DNA from: an uncultured candidatus Brocadiaceae bacterium
Lineage (GTDB): Bacteria > Planctomycetota > Brocadiia > SM23-32
Direction of reading: 5' to 3'
Length of the DNA: 64,000 bases
Assembly: GCA_964521715.1 (NCBI GenBank)
Contig: CAZFSS010000002.1
Span: 151,828 to 215,827 of the forward strand
Part shown: positions 9,811 through 20,159 of the stretch, one piece after another
Layout of the letters: each line of letters opens with the position of its first letter
Numbering within the stretch: the first letter of the stretch is position 1
Made by a program: the position numbers and the translations under genes
Notes under the pieces: generated by a model
Told to the model about the DNA's origin: nothing
Seen by the model: the letters and a program-made list of their open reading frames with translations, nothing else
The model's database searches: none

Positions 9811-11535
9811 ATGAAGACCAGGGCCGTGAATCCGCTCAGCGCGATGGTCCAGCTGATCAAGCCGCACAAGTACCGGGTGCTGGGGGTGCTGGCGTGCCTG
9901 GCGGTGCTGTCGGTCTTCAACCTCGCCCTGCCGATGGTGTTGCGCTTCGTCGTCGACAACGTCTTCAAGGAACCGAAGGAGCCGTCCATCTCCAATGCCG
10001 CCGAACGCCTTGGCATCCTGCCGTACGTCCTCATCATCGTCTTTGTCGTCTACGGGATGCGGAACCTCTTGTTCTACCTGGCCAAGACCCGGGTCATGGT
10101 CGTCGGGGAGAGGACGGCGTTCGAGCTGCGCCAGCGGCTCATCCGCCACCTGCACGCGCTGTCGGTGGACTTCTATCAGCAGAACAAGCCGGGCAAGATA
10201 TCGGCCCGCGTCATGCAGGACGTGCAGGCCATCAAGGAGTTCATCCAGGAAGAGCTGGCCAACTCGATGCTGAACGTCCTGATGCTCGTCGTCGCGTCGG
10301 GCATCATGCTGTACATAGACTGGTTCCTGGCCCTCGTGACGCTGGCCGTGCTCCCCTTCCACGTGCTGGTCTACTACGCCTTCAGGAAGCCGATAGCCAC
10401 CTATGCCCGGCAGGCGAAGGAGCAAACAGCCGACCTGGGCGGCGCCCTGATAGAGCAGTTCGACGGCGCTCCGACCGTCAAGGCCTCCGCCACGCAGCTC
10501 ATCGAACAGGAGAAGATCCGGGAGTCCATGCGCCGGGGCATGCGGGCCCAGATCAAGCAGAGCTGGTACTACGTCCTGCAGAAGGTCGCGGCGGACCTCC
10601 TGGTGGGGATCGGCATCATCATCCTGTACGGCGTCGGCGGATACCTCGTCGTGTCCAGAGGCACGCTGCAGGCGGGGGACTTCGTGGCGTTCTTCCTCTA
10701 CGTGGGGTTGCTCTACCCGCGCCTGCTGGAGCTGGTCGGCCAGGCCGGCAAGTTCGCGCACACCGGCAGCTCGGTCGAACGGGTCTTCGAGATCCTGGGT
10801 ATTGAGCCCAGCGTGCGCGAAAGTCCGAAGGCCCTGCCTCACGAGATCTCCCGCGGCCGGATAGAGTTCCGCAACGTCACCTTCAGCTACGGCAACGGCA
10901 AGGTGCTGGACAACGTCTCGTTCTGCATCGAGCCGCGCGAACACGCCCTCGTCACCGGCCCGAGCGGGTCCGGCAAGAGCACCTGCACGAACCTGATCCC
11001 GCGCTTCTTCGACCCGCAGCAGGGAGCCATACTGATCGACGGCGTGGACGTGCGCGACTTCACCCTCACCTCGCTGAGGCGCCAGATCGGGCTCGTCTTC
11101 CAGGACTGCTTCCTGTTCAACGACACGATCATGGCCAACATCCGCTACGCCGCCCCCGAGGCCAGCGACCAGGCCGTCATCGACGTGGCCCGCCAGGCCT
11201 ATGCGGACGAGTTCATCGAGCGCCTGCCCCACGGCTACATGAGCATCATCGGCGAGGGCGGAATCCAGCTCTCCCAGGGCGAGAAACGGCGCCTGATGAT
11301 CGCCCGCGCCATCCTCAAGAACCCCAGGATACTGATCCTCGACGAGCCGCTCGTCTCGCTCGATCCCATCGCCAGGGAGAGAACCATCGAAGGGCTCGCC
11401 GAGCTGATGAGGAACCGCACCGTGCTGACCATAACCCACTATCCGGCCGAGCTCCCCTATGCCCATAAGCAACTGCACGTCTCCGACGGCGGGGTCACCG
11501 TCAGGGACCTGAGCGGCAAGATCCTGACGTTCTAG
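9811..11535 (+). CDS. ABC transporter ATP-binding/permease protein (type I exporter, MsbA-like)
   Basis: Six-TM N-terminal domain then Walker A (GPSGSGKST), ABC signature (LSQGEKRR) and Walker B (ILILDEP). The 871-aa antisense ORF 9769..12384 is an artefact. Confidence 0.85.
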   Translation: MKTRAVNPLSAMVQLIKPHKYRVLGVLACLAVLSVFNLALPMVLRFVVDNVFKEPKEPSISNAAERLGILPYVLIIVFVVYGMRNLLFYLAKTRVMVVGERTAFELRQRLIRHLHALSVDFYQQNKPGKISARVMQDVQAIKEFIQEELANSMLNVLMLVVASGIMLYIDWFLALVTLAVLPFHVLVYYAFRKPIATYARQAKEQTADLGGALIEQFDGAPTVKASATQLIEQEKIRESMRRGMRAQIKQSWYYVLQKVAADLLVGIGIIILYGVGGYLVVSRGTLQAGDFVAFFLYVGLLYPRLLELVGQAGKFAHTGSSVERVFEILGIEPSVRESPKALPHEISRGRIEFRNVTFSYGNGKVLDNVSFCIEPREHALVTGPSGSGKSTCTNLIPRFFDPQQGAILIDGVDVRDFTLTSLRRQIGLVFQDCFLFNDTIMANIRYAAPEASDQAVIDVARQAYADEFIERLPHGYMSIIGEGGIQLSQGEKRRLMIARAILKNPRILILDEPLVSLDPIARERTIEGLAELMRNRTVLTITHYPAELPYAHKQLHVSDGGVTVRDLSGKILTF

Positions 11536-11598
11536 GCGGGCGCGCAGCACCGAGCTGCGCGCGCCCATCCTCCGCAACCGCAACGGAGGCCGTCCTCG

Positions 11599-12387
11599 AT
11601 GGTGAACCACGCCCCCGAGCGCCCGGCAGCCGACGCGCTCAGGTGCCTCGTCATCATCCCCACGTATAACGAGCGCGAGAACCTGCGGCCCCTCTGCGCG
11701 GCCGTGCTGGCGCAGGGAACCGCCCTCGAAGTGCTCGTCGTGGACGACAACTCGCCCGACGGAACGGGCGACCTGGCCCGCGAACTGGCCGCGCGCGATC
11801 CGCGAGTCCACCTCCTCGAGCGCGAGGGCAAGCTCGGACTCGGCACGGCCCACATCGCCGGCTTCCGGTGGGCGCTGGCCCGGCACTACGAGCGCGTCAT
11901 CACCATGGACGCCGATTTCTCTCACCCGCCGGACCGCATACCGGCGATGCTGGAGGCAAGCCGGCACGCGGACGTCGTCATCGGTTCGCGCTACGTCGAG
12001 GGGGGCGGCCACAAGGACTGGCCCGTGCGCCGGCTCCTGCTCAGCTCCCTGTCCAACGTGGTGGCCCGCCTGGCGCTCCGGCTCGAGCCCGCCGACTGCA
12101 CGGGCGCGTTCCGCTGCTTCCGCCGCCGCGTCCTGGAGCAGATCGCCTTCGAAAACATCGTCGCCGCCGGCTACTCCTTCCAGGAGGAGATGCTGTGGCA
12201 TTGCTCGGGGCGCGGGTTCGCCATCGCAGAGGTGCCGATCGTGTTCGCGGACCGGCAGCGGGGGCGCTCCAAGATATCCTGGCGGGAGGTCTGGGGCGGC
12301 ATCTCGACCGTAATGCGCCTGGCGTTCGCTCCGCCCGGCCGCAAGCGCCCCGCCGGCCCTCCGGAGCCCCGCCGCCGATTGCATTAG
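11599..12387 (+). CDS. Polyprenol-phosphate mannosyltransferase (GT2, Dpm1-like)
   Basis: LVIIPTYNEREN...VVDDNSPDGT...ITMDADFSHPP motifs of the GT2 dolichol-P-mannose synthase family. Confidence 0.8.
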   Translation: MVNHAPERPAADALRCLVIIPTYNERENLRPLCAAVLAQGTALEVLVVDDNSPDGTGDLARELAARDPRVHLLEREGKLGLGTAHIAGFRWALARHYERVITMDADFSHPPDRIPAMLEASRHADVVIGSRYVEGGGHKDWPVRRLLLSSLSNVVARLALRLEPADCTGAFRCFRRRVLEQIAFENIVAAGYSFQEEMLWHCSGRGFAIAEVPIVFADRQRGRSKISWREVWGGISTVMRLAFAPPGRKRPAGPPEPRRRLH

Positions 12388-12405
12388 CCGCGCCGCACAG
12401 GTACC

Positions 12406-13356
12406 ATGTCACCGTCTCGGCGCCCATCGGAGCGATCCTTCTCGGACAGAAAGGAAGCAACATTGAAGACCAGCGGCGCACTCCTGCTGCTTCTCTCCCT
12501 TGCGCTCGCTGCGGCGGGCTGCACGGCTCTTCCGCCGGAGCAGTCGCGGGAGCTTGAAGCCCGCAGACAACAGGCGGCCAACGTGCTGGACACCTTCGCC
12601 GCAGCCATCCGGCAGGACACTCCGGAGGTGGTCGAAGCGCTGCTCGCCCCCGAGCTGTCCGGCGGCATGGCCAGGGAGCTGAGGAAGCGCGCGGAGAGCG
12701 TCGTCTGGCTTCAGCGCTACAGCGGCTACACGCTCGATTCGCAAGGGGCCCTGGATCGCGTGAGCCGCAAGGACTGGCAGCGGGGCGCCTTCCGCGTCGA
12801 AGTGCGCGCCTCCAACGACCAGGGCGAGCGCCTGAGGCACGAGTTCGGGCTGGTCCTGGTCGACGGCCACTGGCGCATCCGCGATTTCAAGCTCACCGAG
12901 CCGGCCCAGGGGGACGCCATCGATCCGCCGGCGGCCGTCAAGGCGGAAGTCATGCCGCAACTGGCCTTCATCCTGGAGAACATGAAAGAGGGACGCATGG
13001 CCGACGTCTTCTACGAGCTGCCGGACAGGGACGTCTGCCGCCGTCGCTCCGTGAAGCTTTCCTGGTGGCAGAAGATCTTCAGCGGCGGCGCCGGGGGCTG
13101 GCTCAGCCTCTATGACGACCTGGAAAGGGCCAAGCAGTTCCACTTCCCCGACTGGCCGGACCCCGACGAAGTCTACGCCTGGGCTTACGCGACGCCGGGC
13201 GGCATCATGGCGGTCTATGAGGTGCCCTACGTCTGGCGCGAGGGAGGCATAGACGAGCCCGACATGCTCAGCATCCGGGTTATCTTCATGAAGACGGACG
13301 ACCGGTGGCGGCTCTACACGCTGCGGCTGATCGGCAAAGGGATCGCCGACGCGTAA
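12406..13356 (+). CDS. Hypothetical lipoprotein
   Basis: N-terminal signal peptide with lipobox (LAAAGC). 316 aa with no recognisable catalytic motifs. The antisense ORF 12409..13143 is rejected. Confidence 0.5.
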   Translation: MSPSRRPSERSFSDRKEATLKTSGALLLLLSLALAAAGCTALPPEQSRELEARRQQAANVLDTFAAAIRQDTPEVVEALLAPELSGGMARELRKRAESVVWLQRYSGYTLDSQGALDRVSRKDWQRGAFRVEVRASNDQGERLRHEFGLVLVDGHWRIRDFKLTEPAQGDAIDPPAAVKAEVMPQLAFILENMKEGRMADVFYELPDRDVCRRRSVKLSWWQKIFSGGAGGWLSLYDDLERAKQFHFPDWPDPDEVYAWAYATPGGIMAVYEVPYVWREGGIDEPDMLSIRVIFMKTDDRWRLYTLRLIGKGIADA

Positions 13357-13401
13357 CGCGCCATCCGCGCCCGGCCCTCAGCGCAGCGGCGCCACCCACC
13401 T

Positions 13402-14406
13402 ATGGGAACCGAGCGGAACGATGCAGAGCGAGCGGCCGAGCTGAGGGTCTGCCCGGACGTGTCGGGGGACGAGCTGCTGAGGTACCTAAGCGTCCGCTTC
13501 GTCACGACGTCCAAGACGGCGCTGCGGCGCCTGATCGCATCGGGCCGGATCCGGGTCGACGGCGGGGCTGCGGAGCCGCGCCGCGTGCTCCGGGCCGGCG
13601 AAGTCATCTCGCTCCCGCCCGAGCTGCGTGCCTCGCCCCTGCCGGAGCAGACCGTCCCCATCAGCGTGCTCTACGAGGATGAAGAGCACCTGTGCGTCGA
13701 CAAGCCCGCGGGCCTTCCGGTGCTGCCGGGCCGCAAGGGAGACGGCGCCGAGTTCCACGAGTCCCTGGTCGCCATGCTCAACCGCAACGCGCCGGACGGC
13801 GGCCCGTACGTGCGCCCCCACCTGGCCCACAGGCTCGACCGCGAGACCTCCGGCGTGCTGCTCGTGGCGAAGTCCGACGGCGCCGGCCGCGCGCTCGGCA
13901 GGCAGTTCGAGCGCCGCCAGGTCGAGAAGACCTACCTCGGCATCATCGAAGGCGTGCTCCCCCGGGCCGAGCTTCGGCTCGACATTCCCCTGCAGCGAAT
14001 GCCCGGCAGCGCGCTGAAGATGCAAGCAGCCCGCCAGGGCGGCAAACCGGCCTCGACCCTGGTCAAGATCGCGGAGCCGTTCGGGCACTTCTCGCTCCTC
14101 GAGATCCGCCCCCTGACCGGCAGGCAGCATCAGATACGCGTGCACCTGGCCGCAGCCGGCCATCCGCTCGCCGTCGACCATCTCTACGGGCGGCGGGACG
14201 AACTGCGCGGAGCGCAGTTCAACGCGATCCTGGGAAGGGCCCGCGCCCGCGCGGATGCGGTCCTGCTCGCCCGCTGCCCCCTGCACGCGGCCTCCGTCAG
14301 GTACCGGCATCCGGGCACGGGCGAGCCGATGGAGCACCGGTCCCCCCTGCCGGCGGACCTGGCGCGGTTCCTTGAGCTTCTGAGGAAGGCCGATCCCCCG
14401 GGCTGA
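13402..14406 (+). CDS. RluA-family pseudouridine synthase (RluD/RluC-like)
   Basis: The catalytic motif HRLDRETSGVLLVAK, the S4-like N-terminal region and conserved GRQHQIRVHL are all RluA-family signatures. Confidence 0.8.
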   Translation: MGTERNDAERAAELRVCPDVSGDELLRYLSVRFVTTSKTALRRLIASGRIRVDGGAAEPRRVLRAGEVISLPPELRASPLPEQTVPISVLYEDEEHLCVDKPAGLPVLPGRKGDGAEFHESLVAMLNRNAPDGGPYVRPHLAHRLDRETSGVLLVAKSDGAGRALGRQFERRQVEKTYLGIIEGVLPRAELRLDIPLQRMPGSALKMQAARQGGKPASTLVKIAEPFGHFSLLEIRPLTGRQHQIRVHLAAAGHPLAVDHLYGRRDELRGAQFNAILGRARARADAVLLARCPLHAASVRYRHPGTGEPMEHRSPLPADLARFLELLRKADPPG

Positions 14407-14530
14407 CGGGCCGCGAGCGCCACGCCGACCCGGCCTTTTGTGGTTGCAATGCGGCGCCCCGGACTGTTACCTTGGAGCAGACTGCGGCCCCGGAACCCAC
14501 CCAACCGCACGCCCGATCGCGGGGAAACCG

Positions 14531-15607
14531 ATGGACGCCAGACAGCCCGTCCTCATCATGATCCAGGGGCCCGAGCCGGGCTGCGTCTACAAGCTGCGCG
14601 ATAACCGCGTCACCACGATCGGCCGCTCCTCCCGCAACACGGTCCGCGTCACCAGTCCGACCGTCAGCCGCTTCCACTGCGAAGTGGCCTGCATCAACGG
14701 CCGATGGGAGGCCAACGACCTCAACAGCAAGAAGGGCACCATGCTGAACGGGCGGCGGATCGCGGACAAGGCGGACCTGAATCCCGGCGACCTGATCCGC
14801 CTGAGCACCACAGTCTTCCGGTTCGACCTCGTGGAAGAGAGCGCGTTGCAGGACAGCGCCCTGATAGCCATAAAGGAAGCCGAGCTCGACCAGCACCTCG
14901 TCGCCAAGGGCGAAGGCATCGGCACGCTCGACGAGATCCGCCTGAGGAGCCGCCTGGAGCGCGAGCAGGCCATGGAGGATCGCCAGTGGAAGCGCTCGGT
15001 CTGGAAGAGCAACCTCGCGTTCCTGGGCGCCGTGGCCGCCGCGACGGCCGCCCTCGTGGCGGGGGCGCTGGCCTGCACCGAGGGCGGCGGTCCCCCAGGC
15101 GTCAGCCCGCTGGCCGGCAAGGAGGCCGCAGCGCTGCAGGCATACGAGCAGGCTATGGCAGCCCTGAATGCCGGCGACCGCGCCGGCGCGATGGCGCGCC
15201 TCGCCCGGATGCAGAACGACTTCGCCGGCACGGAAGCGGCCAAGCGCGCCTCCGAAGCCCGCTCCGAGGCCCTCTGGCTTGCGGTCCAGGAGGGCTTCTC
15301 GAGGGTCGGCGCGCACGAGGCGGAGGCCGACTACGCCGCCGCGCTCGGCCAATACGACCAGCTCGATGGACTCGAGCCGAGCGGCCCGGCCCGGGAGCTG
15401 ATTCGACAACGCCGCCAGTACACGCTTCGGCTCGCCCACGCCGCCTTCAGGACGCTGGAAGAGAACGCAAGCGAGCGCGTCGACGGGGGCGACCGGCAGG
15501 CGGCCCTGGACCTGTACCGCAAGGCGGCGGACAGCATCGGCGTCCCCGAACTCGCCGAGAAAGCCAGGCAGAAGGCGGCGGAACTGGAAGCCGGAGCCGC
15601 CGGCTGA
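14531..15607 (+). CDS. FHA domain-containing membrane protein
   Basis: ATG at 14531. The FHA signature (TIGRSSRNTVRV...SRFHCEV...NDLNSKKGTMLNGRRI) is followed by a TM segment and an Ala-rich, TPR-like C-terminus. Confidence 0.75.
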   Translation: MDARQPVLIMIQGPEPGCVYKLRDNRVTTIGRSSRNTVRVTSPTVSRFHCEVACINGRWEANDLNSKKGTMLNGRRIADKADLNPGDLIRLSTTVFRFDLVEESALQDSALIAIKEAELDQHLVAKGEGIGTLDEIRLRSRLEREQAMEDRQWKRSVWKSNLAFLGAVAAATAALVAGALACTEGGGPPGVSPLAGKEAAALQAYEQAMAALNAGDRAGAMARLARMQNDFAGTEAAKRASEARSEALWLAVQEGFSRVGAHEAEADYAAALGQYDQLDGLEPSGPARELIRQRRQYTLRLAHAAFRTLEENASERVDGGDRQAALDLYRKAADSIGVPELAEKARQKAAELEAGAAG

Positions 15608-15631
15608 CGCAGAGGCAAGGAGGCCACACGC

Positions 15632-16540
15632 GTGGCAAAGCAAGCGACTCAACGTCTGCGCACGAATGAAGAGCGTCTGGTGGAGCAATCGGTCCTCGGC
15701 GAGGTATCGTCGCCCGTGAGCCGGGGAACCTGGAGGGTCGGGCCCGACGGCGCCGCCTCCATCCTGCCGGGCGTCGGCGGGATCACCTACAACTGCAAGG
15801 TGGGCGACAGCGCCATCGAATGGGAGGCCGACCACGTCGAGCCCGGCGTCTCCGTCAAGAACGACAAGGACGACCGGAACACGGCGCTCAACACGCTCGC
15901 CTGCGTCGGCAACGTCGCCCGCGTGGTCAGCGGCGACGCCAAGGGCAGGACCGGGGTCGTCACCGGCAAGCACGGCGGCATCGAACACGTCCTAGTCGAC
16001 TTCGCCGACGCCGTGCTCGACGCGCTGGTGGTCGGCGACAAGGTGCAGATACGGGCCCGCGGCCTCGGCCTGAAGCTGCCCGACCTGCCCCACATCGCGC
16101 TCATGAACCTGGACCCCGGTCTGCTGGAGAAGATGGCGCCGCAACGGGATGGAGACCGGCTTCGCGTGTGCGTCACGTGCGTGGTACCGGCCGCCGTCAT
16201 GGGAAGCGGCCTCGGCGCGCCCCACACCTTCAGCGGCGACTACGACATACAGCTCTTCGATCCGGAAGCCGTCGCGGAGCACGGCCTGGCAAAGCTGCGG
16301 CTGGGCGACATCGTGGCGGTCCAGGACGCCGACCACACGTTCGGCCGCATCTACAGGAAAGGGGCGATGAGCATCGGCATAGTCGTGCATAGCTGCTGCA
16401 AGACGGCCGGACACGGGCCGGGCCTCACGTCGCTGATGAGCAGCGCGGACGGCCGGATCGTGCCCGAGGTCGATCCGTCGGCCAACATCGCCGGGTATCT
16501 GAAGATAGGCTGCAAACGCCCCAAGCGCAGGCGCAAGTGA
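15632..16540 (+). CDS. DUF4438-like hypothetical protein
   Basis: 302 aa. It sits in one operon between the FHA gene and the Ser/Thr kinase. Its last codons overlap the kinase ORF. Confidence 0.5.
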   Translation: MAKQATQRLRTNEERLVEQSVLGEVSSPVSRGTWRVGPDGAASILPGVGGITYNCKVGDSAIEWEADHVEPGVSVKNDKDDRNTALNTLACVGNVARVVSGDAKGRTGVVTGKHGGIEHVLVDFADAVLDALVVGDKVQIRARGLGLKLPDLPHIALMNLDPGLLEKMAPQRDGDRLRVCVTCVVPAAVMGSGLGAPHTFSGDYDIQLFDPEAVAEHGLAKLRLGDIVAVQDADHTFGRIYRKGAMSIGIVVHSCCKTAGHGPGLTSLMSSADGRIVPEVDPSANIAGYLKIGCKRPKRRRK

Positions 16541-16554
16541 CGGCCGTGGCAGGC

Positions 16555-18945
16555 ATGGAACCCAGGCAGTTCGCCAAGTACACGCTGCTCGAGCACATGG
16601 GCAAGGGGGCCGTGGGCAGCGTCTACCGCGCCCGGGACAACCAGGACGGCAGCATCGTCGCCGTCAAGATGTTCGAGTCCACCGCGGAACGCCCGCCCGA
16701 GATGGCCCGCAAGCTGCGCGACCGAGAAGTCCGCATGCTCGTCAGCGTCCAGCACCCCAACGTGGTCAGGTTCCTGGGCTCCGGCGAGGAGGGGGACCAG
16801 TTCTACTACGCCATGGAGCTCGTCGAGGACAGCCTGCTGCGCTGCATGCGGGGGGACGGGGACTTCGAGCTGGTCGACAAGATCCACATCCTCCGCCAGA
16901 CCGCCAGCGCCCTGGTGGCCATCCACCACCAGGGCATCGTCCATCGCGACATCAAGCCGGGCAACATACTGCTGGACCGCGACCCCAACGGCGCCATCCA
17001 CGTCAAGCTCACCGACATGGGCATCGCCAAGAACGTGAGCGAGACGGACATCGTGCGCGAGCAGATCCCCTCCCACATCCCGGGCACGCCCAAGTACCTC
17101 TCGCCCGAGCAGATCCAGATGCTGCCCGTGGACGGACGCGCGGACGTCTTCGGCCTCGGCGTGGTGGCCTACGAGCTGATCATCGGCAGGCCGCCCTTCC
17201 ACGCGGACTCGAGCCAGGGCTACCTGGTGGCGAACGTCGAGCAGCGGCAGGTGCCGCCCCGCCAGGCCGCCGAGTTCGTGCCCGACTTCCTGGACGCCAT
17301 GATCGAAAAGATGCTGGCCAAGGACAGGGAGGAGCGCTACGACTCCGACGCGCTGCTGCGCGACCTGGAGCTCGCCCAGCAGCACCTGATCAGCGGCGCC
17401 CCGCTGGTGGAGCGCACCAACCCCGGCTCCCTCTTCTACGAGCCGCCGCCCTCGGAAGCGCGCGGGGCCGAAGAGCCCGGCTTCATCCGCTCCATAACGC
17501 CCGTCTCGTGGAGCCTCAGCGGCGCCATCGTCATCGCCGGCGCACTGGCGCTCCTGATGCTCTGGCCCCCGGCCAGCCCGGAGGCCCAGGCGCAGCCCGG
17601 CCCGCTGCCCGTGCAGCCCTCCCCGGCGGCCGAGCGCCTGCAAGAGGCCGCCGCCGCTGCGGACGCCGGCCGGTACTGGCAGGCCCTGTGGCTGCTGCGC
17701 GCCGCCCAGACGGAGGACGCTCCCGCCGAGCTACAGCAGAAGGCGCGCGAAGCGTCCCGCCGCGTGCAGGATGCCCTGGCCGAGGACGCCTACGCCGCCG
17801 CCATGAGGATGCTGCAACAGAACCGCCGGGACGAGGCCCAGATCGCCCTGCTCCGCATGGAGGAGTTCCTGCCCGACGCGCAGCGAACCGGCCGGCTCAG
17901 GGACGCGCTGCGCGAACGCGAGCAGGCCGAGTCGCTCGACGAACGCTGGGACGCCGCCGTCCGCAGAACCTACACGCTCGTGACCGAGCGGCGTCATAAG
18001 GAGGCCCTGGCCGTGCACGCGAAGCTGCTGGAGGAATTCGCCGACGACCCGGCCCGCCTCCAGTCGGCCCATCGCATGATCGGCGACCTGCTCGAGAACT
18101 GGGCCCGGTACCTGCTCCAGGTCCCCCCGGACCCCGACGCCATCCGGGAGCTGCTCGACGCCGTCGACGCCTACCGCGCCGCGATCCCCGATCGGCCCCC
18201 GGCTTCCCTCGTGACGCAACTCCGCCTGAAGCTTGCCGAAGCGTACGGCGACCGGCAGCAGTACGCCCTCGCCATCGAGCAGTACGAAGCGGCCGCCCTC
18301 GCGGGGGACGAGGAAGCGGCGAAGCAAGCCCGGGAAGCGATCGAGCGACTGCGCGCGCGCATGACCGAAAGCCCGCAGGAAGCAGAAGACGTCGCGCAGC
18401 GGCTGGAGCGGGACGGGTTCGCCGGCGAGCTCTGGCAGGAACGAACCGACCCCGGCGGAACACAGGCCCTGGCCGACGGCGCCCTCCAGCTCAGGGCACA
18501 GGGCGGGACGGCCGAGACCGTCCTCATGCGCGAGTTCGCCCATCCGGTCCGCACCCTGGGTTTCAGCGCGGCCGCGCAGATCAGGACTTCGGCGAACGTC
18601 CTGGAACGCCCCGGGCACGTCCGGTGCGGGATCGGGATCAGGGATGCGACCGGCAACGTGTTCGAACTCTGCTTCGACGGCGGCTCGTACCTGGTGGCCA
18701 GAAGGTCCGGCCAGGTCTCCGCCGGGGGAGCCGTCCGGAAGGCGTTCGGCGACGAAGGCACGAGCTGGCACAAGCTGGGCCTGCGCTACAACTACGAGAC
18801 GGCCCAGCTGGCCGCCCTGATCGACGACGAGGAGGTGCAACGCTACGACCTGACGCTCTCGGAGTTGCGGCTGCACGTCTTCCTGGCGACGCCGGCCGGA
18901 GTCGCCGCGGGCGCCGACTTCAAGGACCTTTCCTTCCGTCCCTGA
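16555..18945 (+). CDS. Serine/threonine protein kinase with long C-terminal extension
   Basis: Hanks kinase motifs are present: GKGAVGSVY, VAVK and HRDIKPGNILL (the DMG of DMGIAK stands in for the canonical DFG). A TM segment, an Ala-rich region and a ~200-aa C-terminal domain follow. ATG at 16555 preferred; the track start at 16537 is GTG. Confidence 0.85.
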   Translation: MEPRQFAKYTLLEHMGKGAVGSVYRARDNQDGSIVAVKMFESTAERPPEMARKLRDREVRMLVSVQHPNVVRFLGSGEEGDQFYYAMELVEDSLLRCMRGDGDFELVDKIHILRQTASALVAIHHQGIVHRDIKPGNILLDRDPNGAIHVKLTDMGIAKNVSETDIVREQIPSHIPGTPKYLSPEQIQMLPVDGRADVFGLGVVAYELIIGRPPFHADSSQGYLVANVEQRQVPPRQAAEFVPDFLDAMIEKMLAKDREERYDSDALLRDLELAQQHLISGAPLVERTNPGSLFYEPPPSEARGAEEPGFIRSITPVSWSLSGAIVIAGALALLMLWPPASPEAQAQPGPLPVQPSPAAERLQEAAAAADAGRYWQALWLLRAAQTEDAPAELQQKAREASRRVQDALAEDAYAAAMRMLQQNRRDEAQIALLRMEEFLPDAQRTGRLRDALREREQAESLDERWDAAVRRTYTLVTERRHKEALAVHAKLLEEFADDPARLQSAHRMIGDLLENWARYLLQVPPDPDAIRELLDAVDAYRAAIPDRPPASLVTQLRLKLAEAYGDRQQYALAIEQYEAAALAGDEEAAKQAREAIERLRARMTESPQEAEDVAQRLERDGFAGELWQERTDPGGTQALADGALQLRAQGGTAETVLMREFAHPVRTLGFSAAAQIRTSANVLERPGHVRCGIGIRDATGNVFELCFDGGSYLVARRSGQVSAGGAVRKAFGDEGTSWHKLGLRYNYETAQLAALIDDEEVQRYDLTLSELRLHVFLATPAGVAAGADFKDLSFRP

Positions 18946-19148
18946 CCCCCCCTGCTCTTGCTCCTACTCCTGCTCGCAGGCAGGTGCTAGGTTTTAGGTG
19001 CTAGGTGCCAGGAACTGCCCCTACTCCTGCTCCCGCTGTTCGTTGTTCGTTCCTCGTTGTTCGTTCCTCGTAGTCACTGTCCACTGTCGTTACCGTTGTT
19101 CGGCGTTAGTCGTTACTGACAACTGGCCACTGACAACCGGCAACTGAC
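18946..19148. repeat. Low-complexity word-based intergenic repeat element (copy R1: CTCCTACTCCTGCTC / GGTGCTAGGTGC / GTTCGTTGTTCGTT / ACTGGCCACTGACAAC words)
   Basis: Read directly in the convergent gap between the STK and ADH genes. Shares long word strings in the same orientation with 20380..20545 and 50095..50180. Confidence 0.7.
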
Positions 19149-20159
19149 TTAACTGTCGTACTCCAGGATCACGCCCAGCGCTTGCGTGCGGTCGTCCACC
19201 AGCATGTGGAAGGCGTCCACGGCCTCCGCGAACGGGAACCGGTGGGTGATCATCGGCGCCGTCTGGATCTGGCCCTTGCTGACGAGGTCGAGGAAGAGCT
19301 GTCTGTTGCGCACGCGCGTCCACTTGTTGTGCGGGCTGGCGCTTTGCGGGTGCATGGCCGAATGGGCGCCCAGCAGTTGCACGCCGCGAGAGTGCAGGTC
19401 CGTGTAGAGGTCCATGGGCGGCGTGTCGCCGCGGGGCGAGCCGAGCGCCACGACGCGCCCGAGCGTGGCGGCTACCTGGAGCGCCGTAGGGAAGACTTGC
19501 GGGTTGCCGGTCGCCTCGATGACGACCTCGGCCATCTCCCCGCCCGTGAGTTCCTCGACGAGCGCCACGAGGTCCGTCTGCGCCGGGTTGGCGATGGCTG
19601 TGGCGCCGAGCCCCTTGGCGATCTCCAGGCGCTTGTCGCTCAGGTCGACCCCGATGAGCGTTTGAGCGCCGGCTGCGCGCAGGATCTGAAGGGCGAGCTG
19701 GCCAACGATGCCCATGCCGAAGATGACGGCCGTCTCGCCCAGCACGACGCGGCCTATGCGCACGCCGTTCATGGCCGTGGCGCCGAGCGTGTGGAACGTC
19801 GATTCCTCGAACGAGATGCCATCCGGAATGCGCAGGACGTCGCCCCGCTCGGCTATGGCGCGCGTGGCGTGCCGTCCGCCCGTGCAGACGCGGTCGCCTT
19901 TCTTCAGGTCCGTCACGGCCTTGCCCGCGGCAAGGACGGTCCCGGCCGCGGAATAGCCCGACCTGATGGGATACTTGTGCTGGCCCATCTGGATCGGCTT
20001 GGTAATGCCCATCATGTAGGCCAGCTCCGTGCCCGTGCTGATCAGCGTGGCGCACGTCTGGATCAGCACCTGCTCGTCCTTGAGCTCGGGCACGTCAAAC
20101 TCCTCGATCTCCACGACCCCCTTGCAGGGGAACACCGTCTGCCTCGCTCTCCCGGCCAT
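19149..20159 (-). CDS. Zinc-binding alcohol dehydrogenase family protein (MDR superfamily)
   Basis: The GHE-like N-terminal domain, Rossmann motif GMGIVGQLALQILRAAGA and C-terminal MDR fold are present. Start set at MAGRARQ. The upstream 111 codons of the track ORF come from the repeat region. Confidence 0.8.
   Translation of the reverse strand: MAGRARQTVFPCKGVVEIEEFDVPELKDEQVLIQTCATLISTGTELAYMMGITKPIQMGQHKYPIRSGYSAAGTVLAAGKAVTDLKKGDRVCTGGRHATRAIAERGDVLRIPDGISFEESTFHTLGATAMNGVRIGRVVLGETAVIFGMGIVGQLALQILRAAGAQTLIGVDLSDKRLEIAKGLGATAIANPAQTDLVALVEELTGGEMAEVVIEATGNPQVFPTALQVAATLGRVVALGSPRGDTPPMDLYTDLHSRGVQLLGAHSAMHPQSASPHNKWTRVRNRQLFLDLVSKGQIQTAPMITHRFPFAEAVDAFHMLVDDRTQALGVILEYDS

Noticed and set aside
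9769-12384. 871-aa - strand ORF
   Set aside because: Antisense to the ABC exporter and the polyprenol-P mannosyltransferase, both with unambiguous motifs. No domain content.
14297-15988. 563-aa - strand ORF
   Set aside because: Antisense to the FHA gene and the DUF4438 gene. Ala/Gly/Arg-rich.
16351-18876. Two long - strand ORFs (16351..17643, 17731..18876)
   Set aside because: Antisense to the Ser/Thr kinase gene, which has complete Hanks motifs.
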